Part shown: positions 9,264-19,614 of the stretch, piece after piece | Numbering within the stretch: the first letter of the stretch is position 1 | Layout of the letters: every line of letters begins with the position of its first letter | NCBI GenBank assembly: GCA_963772955.1 | Contig: CAVYZF010000008.1 | Coordinates: forward strand, 51,615 to 115,614 | Origin: an uncultured Acidobacteriota bacterium | GTDB lineage: Bacteria; Acidobacteriota; Vicinamibacteria; Vicinamibacterales; UBA2999 | DNA: 64,000 nt | Direction of reading: 5' to 3' | Translations under genes and position numbers: made by a program | Notes under the pieces: generated by a model | Told to the model about the DNA's origin: nothing | The model's database searches: none | The model's input: only the letters and a program-made list of their open reading frames with translations

Positions 9264-10556
9264 ATGAAAACGCTTGTGGCCGTTGCGTGTGTGACCGTGA
9301 CTGCTGCGTTTGTCGTCGTTCGTGACTCGGCGGCGCAGGATCTGGTTGTGACCAACGCACGCATTCTCGATGGAAAGGGTGGCGTCATCGAGCGCGGCTC
9401 CGTTGTCGTGCGCGACGGCAAGATCGTGTCGGTCGCGTCAGGGGCGCCGGCGAGGGTGGCTGATGCACAGTCAATCGATGCGCAGGGCCGCACGCTCATG
9501 CCGGGATTCATCGACGCGCATCGACACATCGCCCAGGGTGATCCGGCGGAGTGGCTGGCCAAGCGCGCTGCGCCGCAGATGCAGGAGTTTCTCGATGCCG
9601 GTTTCACCACGGTGCTCTGCGCGATCTGTCCCGATCAGGCAATCGAGTTGCGTCAGCGCATCGAGTCGGGTGCGGTGAAGGGTCCGCGTCTCTACCTGGG
9701 AAGCATCATTCCGCTCGCGAGAGCTGGCGCTCCTGGCGCCGCTGCCGGGGCGCGCGGCGGCGGCCGCGGCGGCGATCCCGCGCGCTTCGACAACTCGCGG
9801 CCTCCTTTGCGTCCAACCGTCGCGGCGGCCGGTATCCCGGCCGCGGAGACGATCAAGGCCGTCGAGGCTGTGGCGAGCAAGAAGTACGACTACATCAAGA
9901 CCGTCATCACGACGACTCCGGGAGGACCGGAGACAGACACGCTGAAGCTGATCGTGTCCGAGGGTAAGAAGCACAACCTGCCGACGATCACGCACGCGGT
10001 CTCCGTGATCGACACACTCGCGGCAGTCGAGGCGCGCCCTGATGTCCTCGTGCACACGCCTCACATCGGGAGACTCGAAGAGGATCCCGCCGCCGTGAAG
10101 CGGATCGCCGGCGCCGGGATCCCGATGACATCCACGCTGGCGGTCTTCGTCCCGCACTTCAGCGGTGACAACGCGCCGCTCTTCCGCGACGCGATGCCAT
10201 TTCCATGGGAGACCATTGCCAGTGCCGGTCAGGGTCCGGTCAACGCGCGCCTGTTGTGGGAGTCCGGCATCTCGTACGGCTACGGCACCGATACCAGCTG
10301 GCCGCCGAAGGAATCACTCGCGGACGAACTGCGCGCGCTACGACTCGTCTTCTCGCCGCGAGATATCAGCAAGATTCTCGGGCAGGGAGCGGCGCGATCG
10401 ACGCTCAAGCAGGATCAGATCGGGGCGCTCGAATCCGGCAAGCTCGCGGATATGGTGCTGATCGACGGCAACCCACTCACCGACGTCAACGATTTGCTGA
10501 AGGTCGTGGTGACGATCAAGGGCGGTGTGATCGTCTCGGATACCAGGAAGAAGTGA
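9264..10556 (+). CDS. Secreted amidohydrolase-family protein
   Basis: Signal peptide, PGFIDAHRH, GTD and GKLADMVLIDGNP motifs. Confidence 0.9.
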   Translation: MKTLVAVACVTVTAAFVVVRDSAAQDLVVTNARILDGKGGVIERGSVVVRDGKIVSVASGAPARVADAQSIDAQGRTLMPGFIDAHRHIAQGDPAEWLAKRAAPQMQEFLDAGFTTVLCAICPDQAIELRQRIESGAVKGPRLYLGSIIPLARAGAPGAAAGARGGGRGGDPARFDNSRPPLRPTVAAAGIPAAETIKAVEAVASKKYDYIKTVITTTPGGPETDTLKLIVSEGKKHNLPTITHAVSVIDTLAAVEARPDVLVHTPHIGRLEEDPAAVKRIAGAGIPMTSTLAVFVPHFSGDNAPLFRDAMPFPWETIASAGQGPVNARLLWESGISYGYGTDTSWPPKESLADELRALRLVFSPRDISKILGQGAARSTLKQDQIGALESGKLADMVLIDGNPLTDVNDLLKVVVTIKGGVIVSDTRKK

Positions 10557-10561
10557 GAGGG

Positions 10562-10588
10562 GTAGAGGCGGGTCTCCGGGCCCGCCTC
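10562..10588. repeat. GTAG-type REP-like hairpin between convergent genes (possible bidirectional terminator)
   Basis: GTAG followed by GAGGCGGGT-ctccgg-GCCCGCCTC stem-loop. Confidence 0.55.
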
Positions 10589-10601
10589 CTGTGATCACGT
10601 A

Positions 10602-11462
10602 CTAGACGAGACCTGCCTTATACAACGCCAGCAATTTACCCCACGCCTTCTCGGCATCGTCCATTTTGTAGATCGGCGCACCGTTCGCCTGTGCCGGCAT
10701 GTCGGGCACGCACCATCCGTGCTGCGCCATCGAGTAGACCTCGACCTCCACAGGCACCTTGGCCGCGTCGAAAGCTTCCTTCAGCTTCGTCTTGGCATCG
10801 GGCTGCTGCATGTCGTCGTTGGTCGCGATGCCGAAGTACATCCGGCCTTTGACCTTCGGTGCGAGCAGGTGCGGGCTGTTCGGGTTCCCCGTGACGAGTC
10901 CGCCACCATGGAACGAGGCGCCGGCGCCGACGCGATTCGGCACCGCGGCGGCGGTCCTCACGACGAGTCCGCCGCCCATGCAGTAGCCCTGCGTGCCGAT
11001 CTTCTTGTTGCGATCGACCTGCTTCTGCATGTCGAGCCACGCGATGAGCGCAGGCGCGTCTTTCTCGACGGTGCCGTCTGCCTGAATCGAGCTCATCAGC
11101 GGTTTGAGCTTCGGCAGTTCGTTCGCGAAGTTCACCTTCGACGCGTCTTCCCAGATTGGCGCCTTGGCCACTCGATAGAACGGATTCGGAACCAACACTG
11201 AGTAGCCGGCGCCAGCGAGCCGCCTTGCCATGTTCCGCATTGAAGGTCGCAACCCGAATGCATCGGGCCAGATGATGACGGCGGGATGCGCGCCGGTTGC
11301 CGGCGTGATGAAGGCGGCATCGCACGTGCCGTCGGGCGTTTTGATCTCGACGTTCGTTTCCGTCACCTGTCCCTGCGCGCCGAGCTCGGCGCCTGTTGCA
11401 GCGACCAGGCCGGCCGCGACTGTCGTGACGAAGTCTCGTCGTGTGAGCTCATCGTTTTCCAT
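10602..11462 (-). CDS. Dienelactone hydrolase family protein with Tat signal
   Basis: TRRDF twin-arginine signal, PDAFGLR, GYCMGG nucleophile motif, HGW. Confidence 0.9.
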   Translation of the reverse strand: MENDELTRRDFVTTVAAGLVAATGAELGAQGQVTETNVEIKTPDGTCDAAFITPATGAHPAVIIWPDAFGLRPSMRNMARRLAGAGYSVLVPNPFYRVAKAPIWEDASKVNFANELPKLKPLMSSIQADGTVEKDAPALIAWLDMQKQVDRNKKIGTQGYCMGGGLVVRTAAAVPNRVGAGASFHGGGLVTGNPNSPHLLAPKVKGRMYFGIATNDDMQQPDAKTKLKEAFDAAKVPVEVEVYSMAQHGWCVPDMPAQANGAPIYKMDDAEKAWGKLLALYKAGLV

Positions 11463-11505
11463 GGTCCTGTTCCTCCCCGCGGGGAGGATATTATCCTGAG
11501 CCGTG

Positions 11506-12474
11506 ATGCCGCGCTTCCTCCATGTCGCCAACGGCAGTAGTGTCACGCGCACGCTTGCCGAGGCGGGCGTGCCTGGACTCTTTTCAATCTGGGCCGATCC
11601 GCTTCATGACGGACCCGTTCCGGGCGGTTTGAGCGACGAGGCTTTGCTCGACGTGCGCCGGCAATTCCTTGCGGGCCCGCCCGGCGGTCCGAGTGACGAC
11701 CCTGTAAACGACTTGCGCAGGTGGCGACGGATCATCGAGGACAACGACGCGTACGACGAGCTCGTCCTCTGGTTCGAGCACGACCTCTTCGATCAGTTGA
11801 ACCTGATTCAGGTCCTGAGCTGGATTCATCACCAGGTGCCATCATCCAGGATTGTGAGCCTGGTGTGCATCGGCTCGTATCCAGGTCGCCCTGATTTCAA
11901 AGGCCTCGGCGAGTTGACGGCAGGGGAGTTGGCATCGCTACTCGACACACGCAAGCCTGTCACCGAGTCGCAGTACGAATTGGCCGAGCGAGCGTGGAGC
12001 GCGTTTCGTGAGGCGACGCCCCAGGCGTTGGACGATTTCACGCGCACGGATACTGCCGCATTGCCGTATCTCGCGCCAGCGCTCGTGCGTTTTCTGCAGG
12101 AGTATCCGTGGACGACTGACGGGCTCTCTCGCACTGAGCGCCGGCTCCTCCACGTCGCCGCCGCGGGAAGCCTGACGCTCGCGAAGGCCTTTCCTCGGAT
12201 GCACGAAGACGAGACGGCGTACTACGTGACAGACACGTCGCTCGTTGAGCTCGTCGAGATGCTGTCACGCACGTCGCCGCCATTGCTCGCGCGAAGCACT
12301 GACGGAGCATCCATTACCGCTGCTGGTCGTGCGGTTCTCAGAGGCGACCAGGATCGAGTCTCGCTGTGCGGCGTCACAGAGCGGTGGCTCGGAGGAGTGC
12401 AGCTCAATGATCGCGCAACCCTCTGGCGCTGGGACGATGCGCGCCAGCGGATCACCTCCAGCGACATTGCATGA
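11506..12474 (+). CDS. DUF1835-like protein
   Basis: LHVANG, DPLHDGPVP, LWFEHDLFDQL and GLSRTE motifs. Confidence 0.75.
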   Translation: MPRFLHVANGSSVTRTLAEAGVPGLFSIWADPLHDGPVPGGLSDEALLDVRRQFLAGPPGGPSDDPVNDLRRWRRIIEDNDAYDELVLWFEHDLFDQLNLIQVLSWIHHQVPSSRIVSLVCIGSYPGRPDFKGLGELTAGELASLLDTRKPVTESQYELAERAWSAFREATPQALDDFTRTDTAALPYLAPALVRFLQEYPWTTDGLSRTERRLLHVAAAGSLTLAKAFPRMHEDETAYYVTDTSLVELVEMLSRTSPPLLARSTDGASITAAGRAVLRGDQDRVSLCGVTERWLGGVQLNDRATLWRWDDARQRITSSDIA

Positions 12475-13481
12475 TGTGTTGGCGCGCGGTCGTCGTCATC
12501 GCACTCGTGCTCTACATGAGCACGATCGTGCCGCTCGGTGCTGACCCGCTGCCGTGTCTGCGTGACGTGTCCGGCGTGACGTGGCTACGGTGGAATGACA
12601 AGCAGGACATCCTGAATCGTTGGTGTGAGAGCGTCGGTCCTCCGGTGTTCGCGACGGTCGCAGAGCGCGAGGGGCCGATTTCGCGTCTCCTCGTCCTCAG
12701 TTGGAACGTGCACGTCGGTGGAGCGGATATCGAAGGGTTGATGGCGAAGACACTCGGACCGATCTCGGGGAGTGATACCGGACTTGTCATCCTGATGCAG
12801 GAGGCGTTTCGCGCGGGGTCTGACGTGCCCGAATCACTGCCGCGCGATCTCGACGTGCCGTCGTCCATTCGTCCGCGTCGCCCCTCCCCGGATGTGGTCG
12901 CAATCGCGAAGCGACTGGGAATGTCGGTCGCCTACGTGCCGTCGATGCGCAATGGCTCGGCCTCGTCACTCGAGTCCCGCGAGGATCGCGGCAATGCCAT
13001 CCTCTCGACCGAGCCGCTGAGCGACATCCGCGCGATCGAGCTGCCGTTCGGGAAGCAGCGCCGTGTCGCCGTGGCAGCGACCATCACCCCACGCGGATCG
13101 AGGATAGGCGTGATGCGTGTGATTACGACGCACTTCGATACGAACGGCGATCGTGTGGCACAGGCGGAGGCGCTCGCCCAACGGATGGAGTCGCTCGTTG
13201 ATCTGCCGCTCCTGGTCGCCGGTGATTTGAACTCGCGTCGCGGCTTTGGAGATCGATCGGTCACGGCGATCAGTCGCCGGATCGGGATCGAGTCGTGTGG
13301 CACTCAGCGGACGCTTCACTGGCCCTGGAGGCTCGACGTGCCGTTGTTCTTCCTGATCGGCCGAGTGGACTTCATGTTCAGCACGCTCGACGCGAGCGTG
13401 ACGCGGAGCTGTCAGACGCTCTCGCACGCCTACGACTCCGACCACCTGCCGATCCTGCTCGACGTGAGCGGCCGTCAGTGA
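12471..13481 (+). CDS. Endonuclease/exonuclease/phosphatase family protein (secreted)
   Basis: SWNVH, MQEA, GNAILS, TTHF, AGDLN and SDHLP motifs. Confidence 0.88.
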   Translation: MMCWRAVVVIALVLYMSTIVPLGADPLPCLRDVSGVTWLRWNDKQDILNRWCESVGPPVFATVAEREGPISRLLVLSWNVHVGGADIEGLMAKTLGPISGSDTGLVILMQEAFRAGSDVPESLPRDLDVPSSIRPRRPSPDVVAIAKRLGMSVAYVPSMRNGSASSLESREDRGNAILSTEPLSDIRAIELPFGKQRRVAVAATITPRGSRIGVMRVITTHFDTNGDRVAQAEALAQRMESLVDLPLLVAGDLNSRRGFGDRSVTAISRRIGIESCGTQRTLHWPWRLDVPLFFLIGRVDFMFSTLDASVTRSCQTLSHAYDSDHLPILLDVSGRQ

Positions 13482-14780
13482 GCTTCGCGCGCTCTCATCT
13501 CGGCGCTGGCTGAGACCTGGGTCGCGGGCCGGAGCGGTCGCACGATTAACGTGAGCACGAACCCGATCGCCAGCAGCCCCGCCAGCACCTGCAGCGGCGT
13601 GTCGTAGATGTGAATCCTGTCCGCGCCTTCGGGCAGCGCCGCCCTGGCTCGGTTCGAAAGCTCGGTGATGATCACCGGCCCTGCCACCGCCGCCGCGCTC
13701 CACGCGGTGAGCAGCGCGCCGTGAATCGCGCCCACGTTCTCCGGTCCGAAGATGTCGGCGAGAAACGCCGGAATCGTGGCGAACCCGCCGCCGTACATCG
13801 TGAAGACGATGAAGAGCGCGATCTGGAAGAGGACCCAGTTGGCTGACGCCGCGAAGGTGGGAATCAGGAGGAACAGAAAGAACTGCGTCACGAAGAACAC
13901 GAGATACGTGTTTCGTCGTCCGATGTAGTCGGAGCCGGACGCCCAGAGGAATCGGCCTCCCGCGTTGAAGAGGCTGATGATCGAGACGACGAGCGCGGCC
14001 TGGACGGCCGTGCGCTGAAACATGTCCTGCATCATCGGCGACGCCTGGGCCAGGATGCCGATGCCCGCGGTGACGTTGATGAACAGGATGCCCCAGAGCA
14101 GATAGAACTGACGCGTCTGGATCGCCTGATTACGAGTGACGCTGACGTCCGTGATCATCGCGCTCTTCTTCGTCGGCCCTGTCCAGCCCTCCGGCCGCCA
14201 GCCTTCCGGTGGACGACGCAGCAGGCGGGCGCCGACGAGCATGATGATCAGATACGTCGCGCCGAGTGCCATCACCGTTCGCGCGACACCGATGCGGTCC
14301 ATGAAGTAGACGTTCAGATAGCCGGCGAGGAACGCGCCGCCTCCGAATCCCATGATCGCCATGCCGGTCGCCATGCCCGCGCCGATCGGGGAACCACTTC
14401 ACGAGTGTGCTGACCGGCGAGATGTAGCCGAGGCCGCAGCCGATGCCGCCGATGATGCCCATGCCGAGAAACACGAGGATCGGTTGCGACTGTGCGAGCC
14501 CGACACCACCGATGAGGAGGCCGGTGCCGAAGAACAACGCGGCGGCGGTCGCGGCGACGCGTGGGCCGCGGCGCTCGACCCAGGGACCACCGAATGCGGC
14601 GCTCAATCCGAGCAGGACGAGCGCCGTCGTGAACGTCGTGTACGGTGGGCTGAACCACCACGGCGAATCAGGGAAGAGCTGTTGGATGGGGCGGTTGAAC
14701 GTGCTCCACGCGTAGACCGATCCGATGCAGATGTGAACGAGGACGGCTCCGACCGGAATGCGCCAGCGATGCTCCGACAT
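13475..14780 (-). CDS. OFA-family (oxalate/formate antiporter-like) MFS transporter, apparent one-base insertion near 14377
   Basis: ORFs 14130-14780 (CIGSVYAWS...LVKWFPDRRG) and 13475-14374 (MATGMAIMGFGGG...YGGGFATIPA) join after removing one G. Confidence 0.85.
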
Positions 14781-14829
14781 AGCGCGTTATCCTGTCGCGG
14801 ATCGCGTCGCGCGCGCAACCGGGGAACCG

Positions 14830-17541
14830 CTACGCCGTTGCTGCCGTTGGCGCCTGGCCCTGAGGTGGATCGATGCCGAAGCGCTGGCGCTTGAGGTACA
14901 GGCCCTTACGCGACAGACCGAGCATCGCCGCCGTCTCCTCAATCCGTCCGCCACACTTCTTGAGCGCGTATTGCATCATCGTCTGCTCGATATGCCGGAC
15001 GGCAGCCGCCATCGGTTGGTCGAGACGGACGACGACTTCCGTCGGATCGAGCATGCGTTCTGACGCCGGGATCGTGCGGCGTGACGCCGCGATTTCCGGG
15101 GAGAGATGTTCGGGCATCATCACGGCGCCAGACTCGGCGAGAGCGGCGAGGCGGCGCATCTCGTTCGCCAGTTGCCGCGTGTTGCCCGGCCAGCGATAGA
15201 GCACCAGATACTCCATCGTCTCCTCGGCGAGCCGGAGGTCGCCCTTCGAGTACTCCTGCGAGAACTTCTGCAGGTAGTGATTGGCGAGTGTGGGGATCTC
15301 GACCCGTCGTTCGCGCAGGGGGGGCAGGTGCAGGCGGACGATGCTGAGGCGGTAGAAGAGGTCTTCGCGGAACCGTCCCTGGCTGACGAGCGTGTCGAGG
15401 TCGGCGTTGGTCGCGACGATCAGGCGCACGTCGACTTTGCTCGGTTGGGCCTCGCCGACCGGGTGAATCTCGTTCGATTCCAGGAATCGCAGCAGCTTTG
15501 GCTGAACCTCGAGGCTGGTGTCGCCGATCTCGTCGAGGAACAGTGTGCCGCCCGTGGCCGCACGCACAACACCTTGAAAGTTGTCGACCGCGCCGGTGAA
15601 GGCGCCGCGGCGATGACCGAACAGCTGCGAGTCGAGCATGTCCTTCGGCGTCGAGGTGCAGTTGAACGGCAGGAAGGTCGACTGCGCGCGGGTGGAGCAG
15701 GCGTGGATTGTCCGGGCGAGGACTTCCTTGCCGGTGCCTGTCTCACCTGTGATGAGGACCGTGACGTTCGTCGGTGCGATGCGCCGCGCGACGCTGAGGA
15801 TGCCCTGCATCTCCTCAGCGAGGAAGATGGCGCCACCCTGGCTCTCGATCGGATCCGCGGGCCACAGCGCCGCGCGGTTCCGCTCTTCCTCGCGCGCGTG
15901 TTCCAGCGCCACTGCGGCGCGACCGAGGCGAAGAATATTGCCCAGGAGAATTGCTTTGGCAGGGTCATCGGGGATTTGACACGAGAGCGCTATTGACTCA
16001 CCTCGATGCTCGCCCAACGGCAGTACGCAGTGGGTGAATGAATGCATCCCGGCCGGTGAGCGCGATTTCGTAACGCGCACTTCTGGTGAACAGCGCGTGG
16101 ACTGGATGGCCTCCATGAGCTCACTGCCCAGGAGGCCGGCATCATGAGACAAATCAAAGGCACTCGCGAGAGATGCGGCGAGCCTTGAGTCCAACTGCGA
16201 TTCGATCTGCGACGATGCATCGACTTCGATCGATCTCTTCGCCGAGAAGTTGTCAAACTCGTTCTCAGAGCAAGCGTTGCCTTGCTCGCGCCAGATTCTC
16301 TTTGCGCGATCGCTCGATTGCCTTTGCAACTCCGGGGACGTCTGTTGGATCTGAGAACACAGTTGCCAGAACATGCCCAAGTGCTCACGCAAAGCCCACG
16401 CGCCAAGCTCGGTCGCTCTGGCGATTGAGCGAGACGCTTCGTCAGGCTGTTCGGCTTTAACCATTGCTAACGCACGAAGCATGAGCGCTGTGCATTCGAT
16501 TTTTCGGTCTCCGACTTTTCGCGCCTCTTCGATTGCGACGTCAGCGATCCGCGAAGCGTCATGCCATTTGCGCTGCCGCAAGAGTAGGCGCGCACGCGTG
16601 ATCAAACTCGATCGCGCCGGAAACGGCATCTCGGATGGATCCCGAGTCTGCAGTCCAGTGAGCGTATCGAGCGCTCGCTCACACTCGGGCAATCGATTGG
16701 TGGCGATATACAGACGCGCGAGGCCGTCGAGCACGCTTTGGCGCACCTCGTCAATCTTGCTACCGGCTAAGCCAAGGAAGGTACGCTCGGCTCTAGCGAA
16801 TTTTCCGGTCTCTAGGTATAGGTGGCCGAGGTTATTGAGAACTGTTGACTCGGATGTGCCGGAGATCGCTCCGAAACGCTTGGCTCGATCTAGATGCTCC
16901 TCTGCGAGCGGAAGGTCAGAGTCAAAGAACTCAATGCAGAAGGCATTGATCTCGCAAAGCTGTTGGAGCCACGCGTTCGGGTGTGTTTCGAGCAGTGAGC
17001 ACGCGATTCTTAGGTGACGGCGCGCTTGTACCACGTTGCCGACCTGGGCTTCTTGACGAGCGACCGACTCATGCAGAAGGGCAGTGAGGTGAGGTTCGGC
17101 AGAGCGCATCGTCAAACGACGAACTTCCGACAAGAGAGGACCGACGATTTCTAGTGGTTGCCTCTCCGAGACGATTCTGAAAATGGCGAGTGCTGATCGT
17201 GCAGCCTGAGCAATGTCGCCGCCTTCCTTGGCAGAGTGAAGTGATCGCTGAAGGCTCTGTAACGCCTCTTCAGTGCGACCGAGATCTCGAGCGACGATCC
17301 CGAGAACCATTTCAGCCCGGGGATGGCCACGCACCCACTCCTGTCGAGCTATTACTTGACGCGCGACATGACCGGCAGACTCGAGCCTTCCAGTGCGAGC
17401 CAATGATTCAGCAATCAGGAGTTGGTGCTCATAGGACGGGAACCTCTGAATTTCCCGGAGAGCGGCCGCGCTGTCGGTACTAATTTCCTGGAACCGACCA
17501 AGACGAAACAGTGACTCGACTTCGGAGTAGCTGAGGGGCAT
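14830..17541 (-). CDS. Sigma-54 enhancer-binding protein with a long N-terminal TPR-like region
   Basis: GETGTGKE, SQLFGHRRGAFTGA, FLDEI, WPGN and a Fis-type HTH. About 430 aa of helical repeats (e.g. VLNNLGHLYLETGKFARAE). No receiver domain. Confidence 0.92.
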   Translation of the reverse strand: MPLSYSEVESLFRLGRFQEISTDSAAALREIQRFPSYEHQLLIAESLARTGRLESAGHVARQVIARQEWVRGHPRAEMVLGIVARDLGRTEEALQSLQRSLHSAKEGGDIAQAARSALAIFRIVSERQPLEIVGPLLSEVRRLTMRSAEPHLTALLHESVARQEAQVGNVVQARRHLRIACSLLETHPNAWLQQLCEINAFCIEFFDSDLPLAEEHLDRAKRFGAISGTSESTVLNNLGHLYLETGKFARAERTFLGLAGSKIDEVRQSVLDGLARLYIATNRLPECERALDTLTGLQTRDPSEMPFPARSSLITRARLLLRQRKWHDASRIADVAIEEARKVGDRKIECTALMLRALAMVKAEQPDEASRSIARATELGAWALREHLGMFWQLCSQIQQTSPELQRQSSDRAKRIWREQGNACSENEFDNFSAKRSIEVDASSQIESQLDSRLAASLASAFDLSHDAGLLGSELMEAIQSTRCSPEVRVTKSRSPAGMHSFTHCVLPLGEHRGESIALSCQIPDDPAKAILLGNILRLGRAAVALEHAREEERNRAALWPADPIESQGGAIFLAEEMQGILSVARRIAPTNVTVLITGETGTGKEVLARTIHACSTRAQSTFLPFNCTSTPKDMLDSQLFGHRRGAFTGAVDNFQGVVRAATGGTLFLDEIGDTSLEVQPKLLRFLESNEIHPVGEAQPSKVDVRLIVATNADLDTLVSQGRFREDLFYRLSIVRLHLPPLRERRVEIPTLANHYLQKFSQEYSKGDLRLAEETMEYLVLYRWPGNTRQLANEMRRLAALAESGAVMMPEHLSPEIAASRRTIPASERMLDPTEVVVRLDQPMAAAVRHIEQTMMQYALKKCGGRIEETAAMLGLSRKGLYLKRQRFGIDPPQGQAPTAATA

Positions 17542-17585
17542 AGCTTGTCTCCGTATCCGGTCAGTCGGCGTGTGAGCGGTATTTC

Positions 17586-19502
17586 CTAGCCGTGACGCTG
17601 TTGAAACGATACGAGCTTGTTGATCTTTGGTCTAACCTGAGACAAATGTTCTCCGAACGTATTTGCCAATTGCTCGAAGGCATAAACGTGTCTGTGCGTG
17701 AATACGTCTATGGCCGGAGAGTATGCCGTTAATACCCCCTGGAAGTCACCCTGCGGCCCCATCACAGGCGTGCTCACTGCACTACGCGGTCGAGGCTCCA
17801 CGACTAGCGCTGCTTGTCCGAGATCTAGTGTGGCGTCGGAGTTGCTGATCGTCTGTCGATTAGCCGCGACCCAACCTGTTACGCGCTCACCAAGACGGAC
17901 GCGAAGGCCAAGAAGGGCGCTGAACTTCTCGTCACTCACGTATTCACAAAAGAGGTCGTCCGATTCTTGCGAGTACCTGAAGAAGGCGCATGCACTTGAT
18001 GGAGTGAGTTGTCTCACCGCCTGACCGAGTCCACTCATTGCCTCAGTCAGATTGCGGGCCTCAAGAAGGTTCTGCCGTGTAGCGGCCAACAACGCGCCAT
18101 CGGCAGCGGCCGCGCGAATTTCTTCCAACGCACTTGAGCCGGAGTCCGAAGCGGCGTGAGAGACGAGCAGTGTTCGTGCTTGCTCGCCTGCTTCGTTCGC
18201 CTCATCAACGATTTCGTGGTAGGCCGAGAGAAACTGATCGACGACCAGAGGATCGTACATCGTCCCCCTGCGCTCTCGCAGTATGGCGAACGCTTCAGAG
18301 ACACTCAGTCGGGGTCGATATGGCCGGTCTGAGTTCAAGGCGTCGAAACAGTCGACGACCGCCAGAATCCTGGCGCCGAGGGGAATATCCGTTCCGGAGA
18401 TTCCATTCGGATAGCCTTGACCACTCCACTGTTCGTGATGATGTCGCACAATTGGGACGACAGGGTAGGGAAAACGAATCGACGAAAGAAGGTCAGCGCC
18501 GATGTCGGCGTGTCGCTTCATTGTTTCGAACTCGGCAGGTGTCAGTTTCCCTGGCTTGTTCAGAATGTGCTCTGGGATGGCGAGCTTCCCCATGTCATGG
18601 AGTAAGGCTGCCGCCTCGATGGCCTTCAACTGAGAGTGTTCCGTAACGCCAAGCCTCCTCGCGAGCTCGACCGCGTACACTTGCACTCGTCGGATGTGGC
18701 CGTGAGTGATTTGGTCTTTTGCGTCGACCGCCATAGCCAGTGTCTCTATCGTCGACAGATAGAGATCGTTGACCTGAGTCACGTGGCGATTTGCATCGGC
18801 GAGGCGGCCGAGCGAGGTCCGAAACGTTAGATAGGTGATGGCAAGGATCGGAAGGATGACACTTACGGCCGTCAGATCGATGCTCTGGCGATAGGTTACG
18901 AGGAGCATCGCCACGCAGGCCCCGCCGAGGTAGTTCAAGCCGACCCACGCGAAGTTTTGTTTCCAAATCTCGATCGGAGAGCTCGACTTTTCGTAGCTGA
19001 CGGCGACGGCGATGAAGAAGCTGTTGATTGCGAAATAAGTAGCCGACATGACAGCGACCGGGAAGATGATCTCCTCGAGTCGGGGTGATGAAGGCGTTTG
19101 GGGGAGGAGGAGTCGGAAGATGTGCGCAGCTACCCAGATCGCGGTCGCTGCCGCGCATATGTTGAAGGCGGCTCGAACCTTCGAATGACGTCTACTACTG
19201 GCCCAGCTGCTAAGGATGATCGCGTCGAGCGTTGTGATGATCGTCGCTGCCGATGGTCCAAACAGAAGTACTGCGGCAAAGACAAAGGCCTCGGATACCG
19301 AGATCCGAGCATTGATGGAGGGCAGCTTAATGCTGAATGAGCCGGTTAGGAACGCTAGCCCCGCCAACACCAGCCATTGTGGGCTGGGCGGTGCCACCGT
19401 CAGATCGTAGACGGATGCCGCAACAGCGAGCGTTCCTACAACAACGATAACTGTGATGTAGACCCGGGCTCCAAGTGAGAGCCGGGCAGCGCGATGCGGC
19501 AT
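17586..19502 (-). CDS. Membrane-sensor HD-GYP phosphodiesterase with a C-terminal GAF-like domain
   Basis: About 6-7 TM helices in the first 230 aa; AVDAKD, HDMGK, HHHEQWSGQGYP, DCFDAL..DRPYR; GAF-like tail (GERVTGWVAANRQ). Confidence 0.9.
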   Translation of the reverse strand: MPHRAARLSLGARVYITVIVVVGTLAVAASVYDLTVAPPSPQWLVLAGLAFLTGSFSIKLPSINARISVSEAFVFAAVLLFGPSAATIITTLDAIILSSWASSRRHSKVRAAFNICAAATAIWVAAHIFRLLLPQTPSSPRLEEIIFPVAVMSATYFAINSFFIAVAVSYEKSSSPIEIWKQNFAWVGLNYLGGACVAMLLVTYRQSIDLTAVSVILPILAITYLTFRTSLGRLADANRHVTQVNDLYLSTIETLAMAVDAKDQITHGHIRRVQVYAVELARRLGVTEHSQLKAIEAAALLHDMGKLAIPEHILNKPGKLTPAEFETMKRHADIGADLLSSIRFPYPVVPIVRHHHEQWSGQGYPNGISGTDIPLGARILAVVDCFDALNSDRPYRPRLSVSEAFAILRERRGTMYDPLVVDQFLSAYHEIVDEANEAGEQARTLLVSHAASDSGSSALEEIRAAAADGALLAATRQNLLEARNLTEAMSGLGQAVRQLTPSSACAFFRYSQESDDLFCEYVSDEKFSALLGLRVRLGERVTGWVAANRQTISNSDATLDLGQAALVVEPRPRSAVSTPVMGPQGDFQGVLTAYSPAIDVFTHRHVYAFEQLANTFGEHLSQVRPKINKLVSFQQRHG

Positions 19503-19508
19503 CGCCCC

Positions 19509-19528
19509 GCCGGGCCTCCTAGCCCGGC
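19509..19528 (-). promoter_or_regulatory. Hairpin with an AGGAG loop upstream of the HD-GYP start
   Basis: Minus strand GCCGGGC-TAGGAG-GCCCGGC, ending 6 nt before the ATG at 19502. Confidence 0.4.
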
Positions 19529-19543
19529 AGGCGCTATATCGGC

Positions 19544-19573
19544 CTATTCGCCCCAGATAATTAGTCTTCGCAT
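19544..19573 (-). CDS. 9-aa micropeptide MRRLIIWGE
   Basis: AGGAG (19585-19581), 7-nt spacer, then ATG CGA AGA CTA ATT ATC TGG GGC GAA TAG. IIWGE resembles the IVWSD repeat of the upstream peptidase. Confidence 0.65.
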   Translation of the reverse strand: MRRLIIWGE

Positions 19574-19614
19574 TTTTGCACTCCTGAAGCTAGCGGCCGA
19601 TTCTGCTTTTGCCC

